NCBI GenBank assembly: GCA_963675745.2 | Contig: CAXXWX010000026.1 | Coordinates: 736,001 to 800,000 of the forward strand | DNA from: Phycisphaerae bacterium | GTDB taxonomy: Bacteria; Planctomycetota; Phycisphaerae; UBA1845; Fen-1342 | Direction of reading: 5' to 3' | DNA length: 64,000 nucleotides | Shown: positions 19,731 to 30,122 of the stretch, in pieces | Layout: each line of letters opens with the position of its first letter | How positions within the stretch are numbered: the stretch's first letter is position 1 | Position numbers and translations under genes: made by a program | Notes under the pieces: generated by a model | What the model saw: only the letters and a program-made list of their open reading frames with translations | Databases searched by the model: none | Told to the model about the DNA's origin: nothing

Positions 19731-21071
19731 CTATCTTGAGAATAACACCCAGACTCCCAGCGCCAAGAATACCCCGAAACCGACGATATCGGTAATCGCC
19801 GTCAGAATAATGCTGGACGATTGGGCGGGGTCAAACCCGAGACGCCTCATGACCCAGGGTACAAACGCCCCGCACACGGTAGCCACCATCATACACAGCA
19901 GCATGGCGCTACCCAACACCATCGACAGACGGGTGTCGCGCCACCAGATCCAACTCGCGATTCCAGCCAGGAGGCCGATGACGCTGCCGCTGGAAAACCC
20001 GATCAGGATGTTTCTCAGAAATAGCGTGCCCAGCCCCAGGCCGCGCGTTTCACCCGTGGCAATCCCGCGGATCACCACCGCCATGGACTGCGCGCCGGTG
20101 TTGCCGGCCAGCAAGGCCACCACGGGCATCAGCACCGCCAGCGTGGTCAATTGGGCCAGATGCGTTTCAAACACGCCGATCACCGATGCCACGAGGAAGC
20201 CGGTACACAGGTTGACCATCAGCCACGGCACACGGCTCCGCAGGACGAACCAGACAGGCGAATCGACACGCTCGTCGGCACCGGCGCCGACCATCACCTG
20301 CATGTCCTCGGTCGCCTCTTCCTGGATTACTTCGACGACGTCGTCAACGGTCACGATTCCCAGCAAGCGATCATCTTCGGCCACCACCGGTAGTGCGTAG
20401 TAGCCGTACTTGCTGAACATCGAGGCGACTTCTTCGCGGTCCATGGTCACCGGGATGCTGACGATCTTGTCCTGCATGATCTCATGCAGCTTGCGCGTTT
20501 CCGGCGCCAGAATCAGGTCACGCAAAGACAGGACGCCGACCAGTCGGTGCTGGTGGTCCACGACGTAGGTGTAGTAGATCTGTTCCAGCTCATCCGCCAG
20601 ACGGCGCAGCTCCGCCACGGCCTCGAGCGCCGTCAGGTTGGCCGGCAATGCCGAGGCCTCGGGTGACATGATCCCGCCGGCGCTCTCCGGCGGGTATGCC
20701 ATCAGCCCTTTGAGTTCGGCCCGATGAGCTTCGGGCAACTCGTCGAGGATGCGCGCGCGGTAGCCGGCATCGCTCTCCGCGAGCAGGTCCGCCGCGTCAT
20801 CCAGGGCCATGAGGTACAGCACCTTGGCCGCGACGGCCGGCTCCATGTCTTCCAGAACAAGGTGCGCGTCCTCTTCGTCCATTTCTTCGAGCGTGTCGGC
20901 CGCCTGTTCCGGCGGCAATGCTTCGAGGACGTCGGCACCTTCGTCCGGCGGCAGGGCCTCGATCCGGTCGGCAACGTCGGCCGGGTGTTCGTCGGCCAGC
21001 GCGGCCGGGTTCGTGACCTCGATCATCTGCTCATCGAGAGTGTGCGGCGTGTCGTCGGATTCGCTCATCAT
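19731..21071 (-). CDS. mgtE: Magnesium transporter MgtE
   Basis: HPADVAD N-domain, YPPESAGGIM, CBS pair, GIVTVDDV, R.PWL.VNL, AGNTGAQS and DPAQSS..LT.ITD. ATG overlaps the MFS stop; the 582-aa ORF start is over-extended. Confidence 0.95.
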   Translation of the reverse strand: MMSESDDTPHTLDEQMIEVTNPAALADEHPADVADRIEALPPDEGADVLEALPPEQAADTLEEMDEEDAHLVLEDMEPAVAAKVLYLMALDDAADLLAESDAGYRARILDELPEAHRAELKGLMAYPPESAGGIMSPEASALPANLTALEAVAELRRLADELEQIYYTYVVDHQHRLVGVLSLRDLILAPETRKLHEIMQDKIVSIPVTMDREEVASMFSKYGYYALPVVAEDDRLLGIVTVDDVVEVIQEEATEDMQVMVGAGADERVDSPVWFVLRSRVPWLMVNLCTGFLVASVIGVFETHLAQLTTLAVLMPVVALLAGNTGAQSMAVVIRGIATGETRGLGLGTLFLRNILIGFSSGSVIGLLAGIASWIWWRDTRLSMVLGSAMLLCMMVATVCGAFVPWVMRRLGFDPAQSSSIILTAITDIVGFGVFLALGVWVLFSR

Positions 21072-22372
21072 CGGCCCTGGCCTGTTATCTGGCTTCTTGA
21101 CGTGCGTATGGAACCGTGCAATGACCACATTTGCAGCGCCGCCGCGACAAATGCAAGTGCGGCGATGACGAATGGCACGGTGAATGAACCCGTGCCGGCC
21201 AGCAATCCCATCCCCAGAAACTGGAAGACCAGTCCGCGGACGCCCACCATGGTGGCGTGGATTGCGACGTATTGCGGCACCTTCTCCGGGCGCGGCGCAA
21301 AAGCAACCGGCCCCAACATCCACCCGACCGAGACACCCGCCATCGCAATCCCGAAGATAACGCTGGCGATCGCGATCATGTCCGGCCCGGTAGCCGCGGC
21401 CAGCAGTAGAGGGTAGAGCGTCAGAAGGCCGAAGGAAAACGCGCAGACACGCGTGGCGCCCACGCGGTCGTTGATCCAACCCATCGGGTAGACGACAAGC
21501 AACATGGCCGCGCTGAGCGCGACGCGCGTGGCGTGTCCGTATTCGTCGGGACTCAATCCGAGTTTGCCTTCCGCGAGCACGGGCAGCAACGCGTCACAGA
21601 ACATGAACGCACCGCCGTACGTCATGAAGGCGAGTTCATAGCGAAAGAAGAGCGGATCCTGCCGGAACACGCCGACGAGCCCCAGCATGGCCTCGCGCAG
21701 CGCTCCCAGCGGGTGTCCCGTCGGGCCGATGGCCAGACGGTCGGCGCCGGTTCGCCGGGCAAGAAAAAGCAGGATTGCCAGCCCCGATGCCGCCGAGATG
21801 CCGGCCAATGGCAGGAAGACACGGAACGCGTTCGCATCCAGCTTCAGCCACTCCGCCACGAAGTAGGCCGTGATCATCCCGGACGCGAGCTGCACGACCG
21901 TGAGAATGGCATACACGCGGCCGCGCACCGCATCAGAGTAAAATGACTTCAGCAGTTTCCCATAGAGGGGTATCCAGCCGGCTTGTCCCACGGCCGAGAT
22001 CACGTAACAGGCAAGTAGCTGCCAGTAATTCTGCGCGAGGGCCATACAGATCAGCGGAAACACCGCCATGAGCCACTGGGCCGAGACATAGCGCCACAGT
22101 GAGACGCGTCCCAGCAGCTCGTTCCACAGGACCGAGAACAGCAGAAACACGGGGACCGCCGCCGTCACCAGCACGGTTTGCAGGTTGCCCGCGCCAAACT
22201 CGCGCCGCGCGAGGAACGGAATCATCCACATGACGTTGGCGAACAGCAGCGCTGTCAGCGACACCGCCGCCGCGTGCATGGCCAGCAGGCGCAGCGGTGA
22301 CATTCGCGCCCGGCCGCCCGATAGGCCCAGGCGCTCATTCAGCCACGCGTCGTTACGGAGCGCAGGTTTCAT
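21068..22372 (-). CDS. MFS transporter
   Basis: About 12 hydrophobic segments; RGRVY and GWINDRVG motif-A-like loops. Confidence 0.85.
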   Translation of the reverse strand: MKPALRNDAWLNERLGLSGGRARMSPLRLLAMHAAAVSLTALLFANVMWMIPFLARREFGAGNLQTVLVTAAVPVFLLFSVLWNELLGRVSLWRYVSAQWLMAVFPLICMALAQNYWQLLACYVISAVGQAGWIPLYGKLLKSFYSDAVRGRVYAILTVVQLASGMITAYFVAEWLKLDANAFRVFLPLAGISAASGLAILLFLARRTGADRLAIGPTGHPLGALREAMLGLVGVFRQDPLFFRYELAFMTYGGAFMFCDALLPVLAEGKLGLSPDEYGHATRVALSAAMLLVVYPMGWINDRVGATRVCAFSFGLLTLYPLLLAAATGPDMIAIASVIFGIAMAGVSVGWMLGPVAFAPRPEKVPQYVAIHATMVGVRGLVFQFLGMGLLAGTGSFTVPFVIAALAFVAAALQMWSLHGSIRTSRSQITGQGR

Positions 22373-22561
22373 GTGTGTGCTTCGCGATGGTCAAGCACGG
22401 TATATGATCACGGCCATAGGCGGTCAAGTTCCGTGCCCATGGCGCCGAGCCCGGTGTGGCGCGTGCGACCCAGTGACGCCGGGTAGTGCGCAAGCGAACG
22501 GAGCGAACGACCGCATTAGGCCATTCGCTCCGCTCGTTAGCCATGCACAAAATAGTTCTGC

Positions 22562-23596
22562 CTAGGGCACGATCAGCGAGTCTGTCTCGGCGCTCGGACC
22601 CAGGTCTTCGTTGTCATCGATGCTCGCGTTTACACCAGCGAGGACGTTCTCCAGATCGGTGTCGCCGCCCTGCACTTCGTGGGCGGTGAAGATGTTGTCG
22701 TTGTTGGCGCCGACGATCGGCTTGGTCTGGAACTCGACGTGGCTGTCCACGTAGAGCACGGACTGGCCTTCACCATTGTGGTTCGGGCTGTTGCCGTTTG
22801 CCCAATCGTCCGCACCGGCGCGCAGCAGGCGTTCGGCGTCGTCGCCGCCACTGCTGCCTTCCAGGATGCCGTCTACGACGTCATCGATGGTCTGGCCGGA
22901 GTCAGCGTCACCGCGGCCGGCATCACCGGCCACGAAGTACGGGCTCTTGTCAGCCCCGAATGCCATGCGCACATCCATGTCAGTGTTGGGCTGTGCTTTG
23001 CTGTTGTAAGGCATCTGGTAGCCGTAGCTGAGGTTGGAGTAGCCCCAGAAGTCGAAGCGGTTGACGCCCGGCTGGCAGGCCTCTTCCGTGATCGACGAGC
23101 CCGACCCGCTGAGGTTTCTCAGGTTGTCTTCCTGATCACCGGCGCTGGGGCACACGAACTGCTTCGGCGTCGAGGCGTTCTGGATGACCAGCAGGAAGAG
23201 TGACCGGCTGGCCGGTATCTCCCAATCCCACGTCATCTCATACGTGCCAGGCGTGAGATCGTCAGGGATGATCTCGAGCGTGACATCCTTACCGGCGGGA
23301 TTGGACTCGCCGGCACCCGTTGGGCCGCCGCCGCCCATCACACCAACGTACTTGACGCCGGTGTTGGAGCCGGAACCCGATGTACGGTGATAGGCGATCG
23401 GGAAATACTCGTCGTAGTCGTTTGAGTAAATGTAGCAGGCCTGTCCGATGCCGCGCAGATTAGCACGACACACGGCGCGCTTGGCGAGCTCCCGTGCGCG
23501 GGCGAGGCTGGGCAGCAGGATGGAGATCAACAGCGCGATGATCGCCACCACAACCAGCAACTCAATCAGCGTAAAACCTCTCTTTTTCACTTTCAC
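22562..23596 (-). CDS. Prepilin-type N-terminal cleavage/methylation protein (planctomycete DUF1559/H-X9-DG-like family)
   Basis: RGFTLIELLVVVAIIALLISILLPSLARARE..C.ANLRGIG; C-terminal NH.GEGQSVLYVDSHV; AGGAGG RBS. Confidence 0.92.
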   Translation of the reverse strand: MKVKKRGFTLIELLVVVAIIALLISILLPSLARARELAKRAVCRANLRGIGQACYIYSNDYDEYFPIAYHRTSGSGSNTGVKYVGVMGGGGPTGAGESNPAGKDVTLEIIPDDLTPGTYEMTWDWEIPASRSLFLLVIQNASTPKQFVCPSAGDQEDNLRNLSGSGSSITEEACQPGVNRFDFWGYSNLSYGYQMPYNSKAQPNTDMDVRMAFGADKSPYFVAGDAGRGDADSGQTIDDVVDGILEGSSGGDDAERLLRAGADDWANGNSPNHNGEGQSVLYVDSHVEFQTKPIVGANNDNIFTAHEVQGGDTDLENVLAGVNASIDDNEDLGPSAETDSLIVP

Positions 23597-24082
23597 TGAG
23601 AACCTCCTGAAACTCTCCCATGAACCTCGTACCGTGATCGGGGCCGCCCGTCGACGAGCGTCCTTTTAGTACGTTGTAAATAGACCAGTTCAAAACATCG
23701 CGTCACGCTCGCGTGACCGTCCACGCACCCAACATTGCGCAAACGACCACAGTGCCACGAAACGTCCGATCGCCACGCATCCGGAGGCTGAACGCCAACC
23801 GTCCGGCTCGTGTCCGCACGGGAGAGAAAATTCGGACACGGCGCAGCCGTTAATCACTCCGACAAGTTCTTACGCTGTGGATTCGCGCGCGCAAGACTCA
23901 AGCAGCCGCCAGAAGCGACCCGCAGGCATGCACTACGCGTTGGCGTGAACGGTCAGGGGAGAAGGAAAAGCAAAACTTAACAGCTCGTTAATGTATGATA
24001 CGTAATGACTTACAAGATAACAGGCGTATGATACGTGCTTTATGATGATCCACTGTACCGCTTACTGCCATCCACTATCGCA

Positions 24083-24110
24083 ATCCTAGCACATTCTCCA
24101 TGACAGTCAA
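24083..24110 (-). promoter_or_regulatory. Sigma70-like promoter facing the prepilin-like gene
   Basis: TTGACT-16 nt-TAGGAT with an extended -10 TG, at the edge of an AT-rich tract. Confidence 0.45.
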
Positions 24111-24145
24111 CCCGATTCTCGGGCCCAGGCGGCGACTGAGTGCGG

Positions 24146-25225
24146 TCAGCGCCGCGGCCCCAGCATTACACATTCAAGCTCGTTAACCTCACGCCTACCC
24201 AGCCCCAACCTCACCGCCTCCTCGATGTGTGGAGCGTGCCTGGCCCCAAGCTCGGCTGCCCGTCGCTCGTGCAGCAGTAAATCCAGCGCCACGCTATCGA
24301 CGGCAACCGGATCAAAACCGACGAGCAGTCCGCCGTAGGGAACAATCTGGGCCTCGGTCGCATCAGCGCCACCGTCAATGATCACGCGGAGCGCATTAAC
24401 CACGTTGAGACGCAATCGAGAGTGAACTTGTTTATCAGCAAGGACTTGCGCGATCTGGCGCGGCCCGTCATCGAGGTAATACTTCGCTGGATGCCGCACG
24501 AGTGAGTACGCTAACGTGTTGGTGCAGCAGGACATACCGCCAATCGGGGCGGCCGCCAGAAATGGTACGTTGATGATTGCATCGGACTCGAAGAGCCAGT
24601 TGGCGAGCTGCTCGCGGTTCTCACCGACCGGTGCGGCTGCCCCCCAACCAATGACGGGCTTGCGGACGCCCAGCGCTCGGTACAAATACTCCGGGGCGTT
24701 GACGACGGTTATGGACTCTGTCGGATAGTCGGCCCGCTGCAACTCCTGGACCAGCACCCGGATCATCGAGTCTCCGGTTCGCAGCACGTCCGCGGCGAAG
24801 GCATCGACGCGGATCGTGATGCGTTTGGATGAGCCCAGAATCGTCCGCCACGCCCCCTCCGATGAAGACTCGTCGACGAGTGCTCCCACAGCCTTTCCCA
24901 ACAAATCCTCGACGGCCCCCGGTGCCGGAATCATGTTGCGCAGAGCGCTATCTGAACGATTTTCAACCACCCGCGAGCGCGCGTATTTCGGCCCCATCCA
25001 CCACGGTCCGGCATTGCTTTCCGCGGTCGTAGGCTGCGTCGTGGGCTGTGTTGTGAGCTGAGTGGTCGGCGCTGTTGTCGGCGTTGATTGCTGAGCTTGG
25101 GCCACGTGCGACACAAATGGCGCACCCGCCAGTGTGCCGAGCGCGGCGGCGACAAACTGACGCCGAGTCAGGCTGTTACCGGTTGACAACGCCGAATTGA
25201 CCGTGTGTTGGGCCACATTTAACAT
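24146..25225 (-). CDS. Tat-exported DUF362-like protein
   Basis: TRRQFV twin-arginine signal ending AQA, Thr/Gln/Pro linker, SRVV, DAIINVP and DPVAVD...LL...R. Confidence 0.7.
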   Translation of the reverse strand: MLNVAQHTVNSALSTGNSLTRRQFVAAALGTLAGAPFVSHVAQAQQSTPTTAPTTQLTTQPTTQPTTAESNAGPWWMGPKYARSRVVENRSDSALRNMIPAPGAVEDLLGKAVGALVDESSSEGAWRTILGSSKRITIRVDAFAADVLRTGDSMIRVLVQELQRADYPTESITVVNAPEYLYRALGVRKPVIGWGAAAPVGENREQLANWLFESDAIINVPFLAAAPIGGMSCCTNTLAYSLVRHPAKYYLDDGPRQIAQVLADKQVHSRLRLNVVNALRVIIDGGADATEAQIVPYGGLLVGFDPVAVDSVALDLLLHERRAAELGARHAPHIEEAVRLGLGRREVNELECVMLGPRR

Positions 25226-25267
25226 GTCGGGACTTTCGGACTCCCCAATTGATGGAACTTCCGCCGA

Positions 25268-26700
25268 TGCAAAGCCTCAAAGACCGCCATGATGTGTACG
25301 TAAGCAGTTTGCAGGCACACGGTCAATCCCACCTGCTTGCGTTTTGGGACGAACTGACGGACCCGCAGCGCAGCGAGCTGCTCGACGATCTGGATCAGAT
25401 CGACTTCACCCGCTGCGCGCCTCTGATAGAGCCATATATCAAGAAGCGCCCGACACTCGATCTGCCAACGCGGCTGGAGCCGCCAAAGACATTGCCGGCC
25501 GAAGCGGATAGCCAGCACGCCGACCACTACGCCCGCGCCCGGCAGGCCGGTGAGGCCGCGGTAAGAAACGGCCAGGTGGCGGCGTTCACCGTGGCCGGAG
25601 GGCAGGGAACCCGGCTCGGCTATGACGGGCCTAAAGGCGGATTCAAGATCAGCCCGGTGCGCGACGCCTGCCTGTTTCAACTCTTCGCCGAGTTCCTGCG
25701 CGGCATTGAGCGGCGTTACGGCACACGCCCGCCCTGGTACATCATGACCAGCCCGAGCAACCATGCGCAGACTCTGGCGATTTTCGAAGAGCACCGGCAC
25801 TTCGGCCTGGCTCCGGGTGACGTGGTCTTTTTCTCGCAGGGGCAGATGCCCGCATTTCTGCCCGACGGACGCATCGCGCTGGCTGACAAACACCGTATCG
25901 CCCTGTCACCGGACGGGCATGGCGGCAGTCTCACCGCGCTCGCCGCAAGTGGCGCGCTGGCCGACATGCGCAAACGTGGCGTCGAGCACATCAGCTACTT
26001 CCAGGTCGACAACCCGCTGGTTAAGCCGATCGATCCGCTGTTCGTCGGCCTTCATATCGTCGGCGAATCTGAGATGTCGAGCAAAGCCGTCACCAAGGCG
26101 TTTGACAAGGAGCGCGTCGGCAACTTCTGCCTTGCCGACGGTCAGGTCACCGTCATTGAGTACAGCGATCTGCCCGACGAGCTGGCCGAGAAGAAAAACC
26201 CGGACGGGACGCGTGCATTTGATGCCGGCAGCATTGCGATCCACATTCTCAGTCGCGCATTCGTCGAGCGTCTGACCGGCGGCGATGCCAACCTGAGCCT
26301 GCCGTGGCACCGCGCTGACAAGCAGGTCGCCACGATCGACGAACAGGGCCGGCCGGTGACACCGACGCAACCCAATGCGGTCAAGCTCGAGATGTTTGTT
26401 TTTGACGCGATTCCGCTGGCGCGCAACCCGCTCGTGCTTTACACCTTGCGTGAGGAAGAATTCAGCCCGGTAAAGAACGCCGAGGGTGTCGATTCGGCGC
26501 AGTCAGCAAGGCGTGACATGGTGCGCCGGGCGGCCCGCTGGCTGGAGGCCTGTGGCGGCACCGTCCCACGCGACGAACAGGGCGAGCCGGCCGCGACCGT
26601 CGAGATTAGTCCCGAATTCGCGCTGGACGCCAACGATCTGCGCACACGGCTGAAAGAGCCGCCAACGATTGCCGTCGGCCAGCGGCGCGTGTTCGAGTAA
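25268..26700 (+). CDS. UDP-N-acetylhexosamine pyrophosphorylase (UAP1/UDPGP type 1 family)
   Basis: AGGQGTRLGYDGPKG, WYIMTS, SPDGHGG, QVDNPL, VIEYSDLP, KLEMFVFDA and EEFSPVKNA. Confidence 0.93.
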
Positions 26701-26861
26701 TTCAGCCGGGGACGGGACGGCCGGTTGAGCCGGTCGCCCCTCGCGCCGAGTGGGCTGACGCGCGGCCAGACATTTCGATGTTCCGCGGGCCAGCGGGTCG
26801 CCGTGACACCGCGCTGGCGAGTATGATTGCGTTGCCGTGGGTCTATGTTGAAAGGACGGCG

Positions 26862-28218
26862 ATGCCCGGGCCGGCATCCGACAGGCAAGCTGGAAGACGG
26901 CGCTCGGCTGAAGTGGTTGATTGGCCGCGACTGGTGTTGCGCGCCACACGGGCGCTTCAGCATGCGTTCATCAGGTCACCGCAGCTCGCCCCGGATCGAG
27001 TGGCGGGAGTCGTGCTGAGCGCATTGCCGCCGCATGCGCGCCGCGTGTTGCGCTACCGGCTGGACCAGTTGCGCTGGCTATCACCCGAAGCCGAGTTGCC
27101 GGCTGATCTGCTGGAGTCCGCGCGCTGCCCGGCGGACTTGCGTGACGGCCGGCGTGAGCTTGTGCGCCTGGCGCTTTTTGGCTTGCCCGGCCAGGGTCGC
27201 CCGACGGATAACAAGCATCGCGAGGCAATCTACCAGCAGTTGTGCGCGCAGATCAGGCGTGAGTCTCCGGACCAGCTGAGGCTGCGCGCCGCCGGCGCCC
27301 GTGCTCTCGTCCCACCCGGATGTGGCGGCCGACCCGACGCTGGCGGCGATGCTGCGCAGCTTCATCGCGGGCTGCGAAACCGAACTGCACGTCGTCGAAG
27401 CCGAACAGGGGGATCTCGCGGATGATGAATCGCAGCTTCGCCGCGCTTTCAAGGACGACACGGCGGGTTGCGACAAGCTGCCGGACCTGATCCTGGCACT
27501 GGAGCGTGCGCGTTTGCAATTCGAGGATCGCGCGGATCACTTTGATGAACCGGGAGCGCTGGCCGCCATCGAACGGATCGAGACGCTTTGTGCGCGCTCC
27601 GGCGGTCTGCTGAGTGAAAGCACCCCCGCGACCTGCCGCGAGCGCATGGCTGAACTCCGGGCCCAGTGCGATGCCTTCCGCAAGCAGTTGGATGAGCTGG
27701 CGCGCCGCGCGGAGGAAGCCGCCCGGGTCGGCGACGACGCCACCGCCGGCTGGGCTCTACGGCGCATGGCGGCGATCCACGCGCTGCGGCCGGCGTTGTT
27801 ACCCGACGATCACTACGAACACATCCGTGTCCGGGTCGAGGAGAGCGCTGACCAGATTGAGCACCGTGCGGCGGCGCGGGAGCTGGTGCGGCGCGAGCGG
27901 GCGATCGCCGCCGACATCAAGACCGTTGCCCAGATCATCCGGAAATTCCGCGAAGTGACGCGCACGGTGGCGGTCGACGATCCGGTGTATCGCCAGGCCG
28001 AGCGGGAGTTTCGCGAAGCGGCCGCCACGGTGCTGTCGCGCGATACGGACTGGATGGCGGGCCTGCTGCTCGAACTCAATGAGCTGGTTGATGAAATCGC
28101 CGATCAGAGCGGCAAGGCCGAGCACCAGGTCAACTACTTCATGATGAGTGTGCGCGAGAGCCTGGTGACACTCCGGCGTGAGATAGACACCATCCAGCGC
28201 CGCCGGAGCGGGCAATAA
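26862..28218 (+). pseudogene. Helical hypothetical protein split by an apparent +1 frameshift near 27300 (pseudogene or sequence error)
   Basis: ATG 26862 has a GAAAGGA RBS and reads protein-like to ..QLRLRAAGA. The +1 frame then continues VLSSHPDVAAD.. to 28218 and has no obvious RBS of its own. Confidence 0.55.
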
Positions 28219-28343
28219 AAGGCGGCCGACCTCCCGAGCCGGCGGCCGACGGGTTAACAGAGGAACGTCGCGCGCGACGGCACCGCCGGAATCGGGAGCT
28301 TCTGCTTGCGTCGCCGGGCCCGGCACAGCACAATGATATCTCC

Positions 28344-29345
28344 ATGGCAGGAAGTGTACCCAAGATTCGTGACGCCGACGCCGAAAGCGGCGTGCTTCAG
28401 GCGCATGGTGCGGTTTCCTCGCCGGGTATCAATCGGTTGATGACGGCGCGCCGTCTGCCCTGGCTGACCCGTGCCAAGTTTGCCGTGGTGCGCTGGGTTC
28501 TCGCGACTTACGCGCGTGTGGTGGGGCTCACCGGGCTGTATTGGACCGGCAGCCTGTTCGCCACGATTGAGTTCATGGTCAACCGCGGCCGGCGCCGGCG
28601 TTACCGGCGCGCGCTGGCGCGCGTGTTCCCCGAGGGTCTCAGCAAGACGCGTGAGTTGCGGATAATCCGGCGCTATTTCCGGCGCAGCCGGTGCGACAAG
28701 CTGTTCTACCTGATCTACGACAAACTCCCGCGGGCCAAGGTTTTCAGCCGGTTGCGCTTCCACGGGCGCGAGCACCTGGACGCCGCCCTGGCGCGCGGCG
28801 ACGGCGCATACCTGGCGATGAGCCACCACGGATCACACCACGTGCTGGGGATTCTGCTGAGCCTGCTGGGTTATCGCATCACGGGTATCCGTGATCGCAA
28901 CGAGGGAGCAATCCGCAGCTACATGCAGCAGACGGTCGGCCCGACGGTGCCGGAGTTCAGTCTGGTGCAGGTGCTGTACGCCGACGACTTTCCGCGCGAG
29001 ATATTCCGCCGTTTTCATGAAAACCGACTGATCGTCAGCGCGCTCGACGTGAATCGCGATCGCGGATTGAAGCTCAAGACGTGTCCGGTACGCATCTTCG
29101 GCGAGACGCGGGAGTTTCTGACCGGGACGATGCAGATCGCGCTGCGCTGCGGCGCCACGATCGTGCCCACATTCCTGGTTTCACGGCCGAACTTCTACTA
29201 CCGCGTGACCGTGCTTCCGCCGATCTACGCGCCGGCCGCCGCTGAATCCAACGGCGCGCCGAGCCTGGAATCGCTGATGCAAGAGTACGCCAACGCGATA
29301 GAAAACCACATCCGAAAGCGCCCCGACCACATGAGCCGCATCTGA
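28344..29345 (+). CDS. LpxL/HtrB-family (lipid A late) acyltransferase-like protein
   Basis: G.EHLDAALARGDGAYL..SHHG, V.IFG and IALRCGATIVP; C-terminal IE.HIRKRPDH. Confidence 0.8.
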   Translation: MAGSVPKIRDADAESGVLQAHGAVSSPGINRLMTARRLPWLTRAKFAVVRWVLATYARVVGLTGLYWTGSLFATIEFMVNRGRRRRYRRALARVFPEGLSKTRELRIIRRYFRRSRCDKLFYLIYDKLPRAKVFSRLRFHGREHLDAALARGDGAYLAMSHHGSHHVLGILLSLLGYRITGIRDRNEGAIRSYMQQTVGPTVPEFSLVQVLYADDFPREIFRRFHENRLIVSALDVNRDRGLKLKTCPVRIFGETREFLTGTMQIALRCGATIVPTFLVSRPNFYYRVTVLPPIYAPAAAESNGAPSLESLMQEYANAIENHIRKRPDHMSRI

Positions 29346-29353
29346 GGAACGGC

Positions 29354-29441
29354 GGGGAACAGGGAACGGGGAACGGGGAACAGAAAAGAAACAGGGGCGA
29401 GCACGCCGCACACCGTTCCCTGTTCCCCGTTCCCCGTTCCC
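29354..29441. repeat. Inverted arrays of heptamer (A/G)GGGAAC
   Basis: Four GGGAAC units followed by four GTTCCC units, forming a long hairpin. Confidence 0.8.
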
Positions 29442-29594
29442 TTTCCTCCCCCCCTGGATTTGCGTCCTGTCTGCCGCTAGAATCCCGGCAAACTGGGCTG
29501 GGTTGGCCGTCGCACGGCGGATGTGCGACGGGCGAAGGGTGTGTATACTCGCCGCTCAGCATTGGATTCGACTGCGGTCTTGCGAGGCCAGCGC

Positions 29595-30095
29595 GTGAAG
29601 TTTGTCCTGATCGACCGGATCGACGAATTTGAGCCCGGCCAGCGGATTGTCGCACACAAGGCGCTTTCGCTGGCCGAAGAGTATCTGGCGGACCATTTCC
29701 CCGCGTTCCCGGTGCTGCCGGGCGTGCTGATGCTCGAGGCGCTGGTGCAGGCGTCGGCCTGGATAGTCCGAGAGCACCTGAACTTCGCGGTGGGGCCCGT
29801 GTTGCTCAAAGAGGCCCGCAACGTTACATATAAGAGCTTCATCGCACCCGGAGATGTGTTGACCGTTGAATCGCTGTGCAAGGAGCTTACGCCCGAGCAG
29901 AGCGTGTTTTCGGCTTCAGGAACCGCCGGCGGGAGGCCGATTGTCAAGGCCCGCCTGACGCTCCGTCATCTCAGGATGTCTGATTTGGGAACTGGGTTAG
30001 AGGAAACCGACAAGCAACTGCAAGCGCACTTCCGCGCGATGTTCGCCCGGCTGTGGAAAGCCGAGCGGGCGACGCAGGCGGCAGGAGTCAGCTAG
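29595..30095 (+). CDS. FabZ/FabA-family 3-hydroxyacyl-ACP dehydratase
   Basis: KFVLIDRI and EEYLADHFPAFPVLPGVLMLEAL; GTG start at 29595. Confidence 0.9.
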   Translation: MKFVLIDRIDEFEPGQRIVAHKALSLAEEYLADHFPAFPVLPGVLMLEALVQASAWIVREHLNFAVGPVLLKEARNVTYKSFIAPGDVLTVESLCKELTPEQSVFSASGTAGGRPIVKARLTLRHLRMSDLGTGLEETDKQLQAHFRAMFARLWKAERATQAAGVS

Positions 30096-30122
30096 GACGT
30101 TGGCGCGGTCGAGTGGAGGTAG

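Noticed and set aside
19731..21479. Long N-terminal extensions in the ORF track (mgtE 582 aa; also murE, prmC, znuA, ccsA, rpsP)
   Set aside because: The extensions overlap neighbouring genes or repeats and lack family similarity; downstream starts fit RBS position or stop-start coupling.
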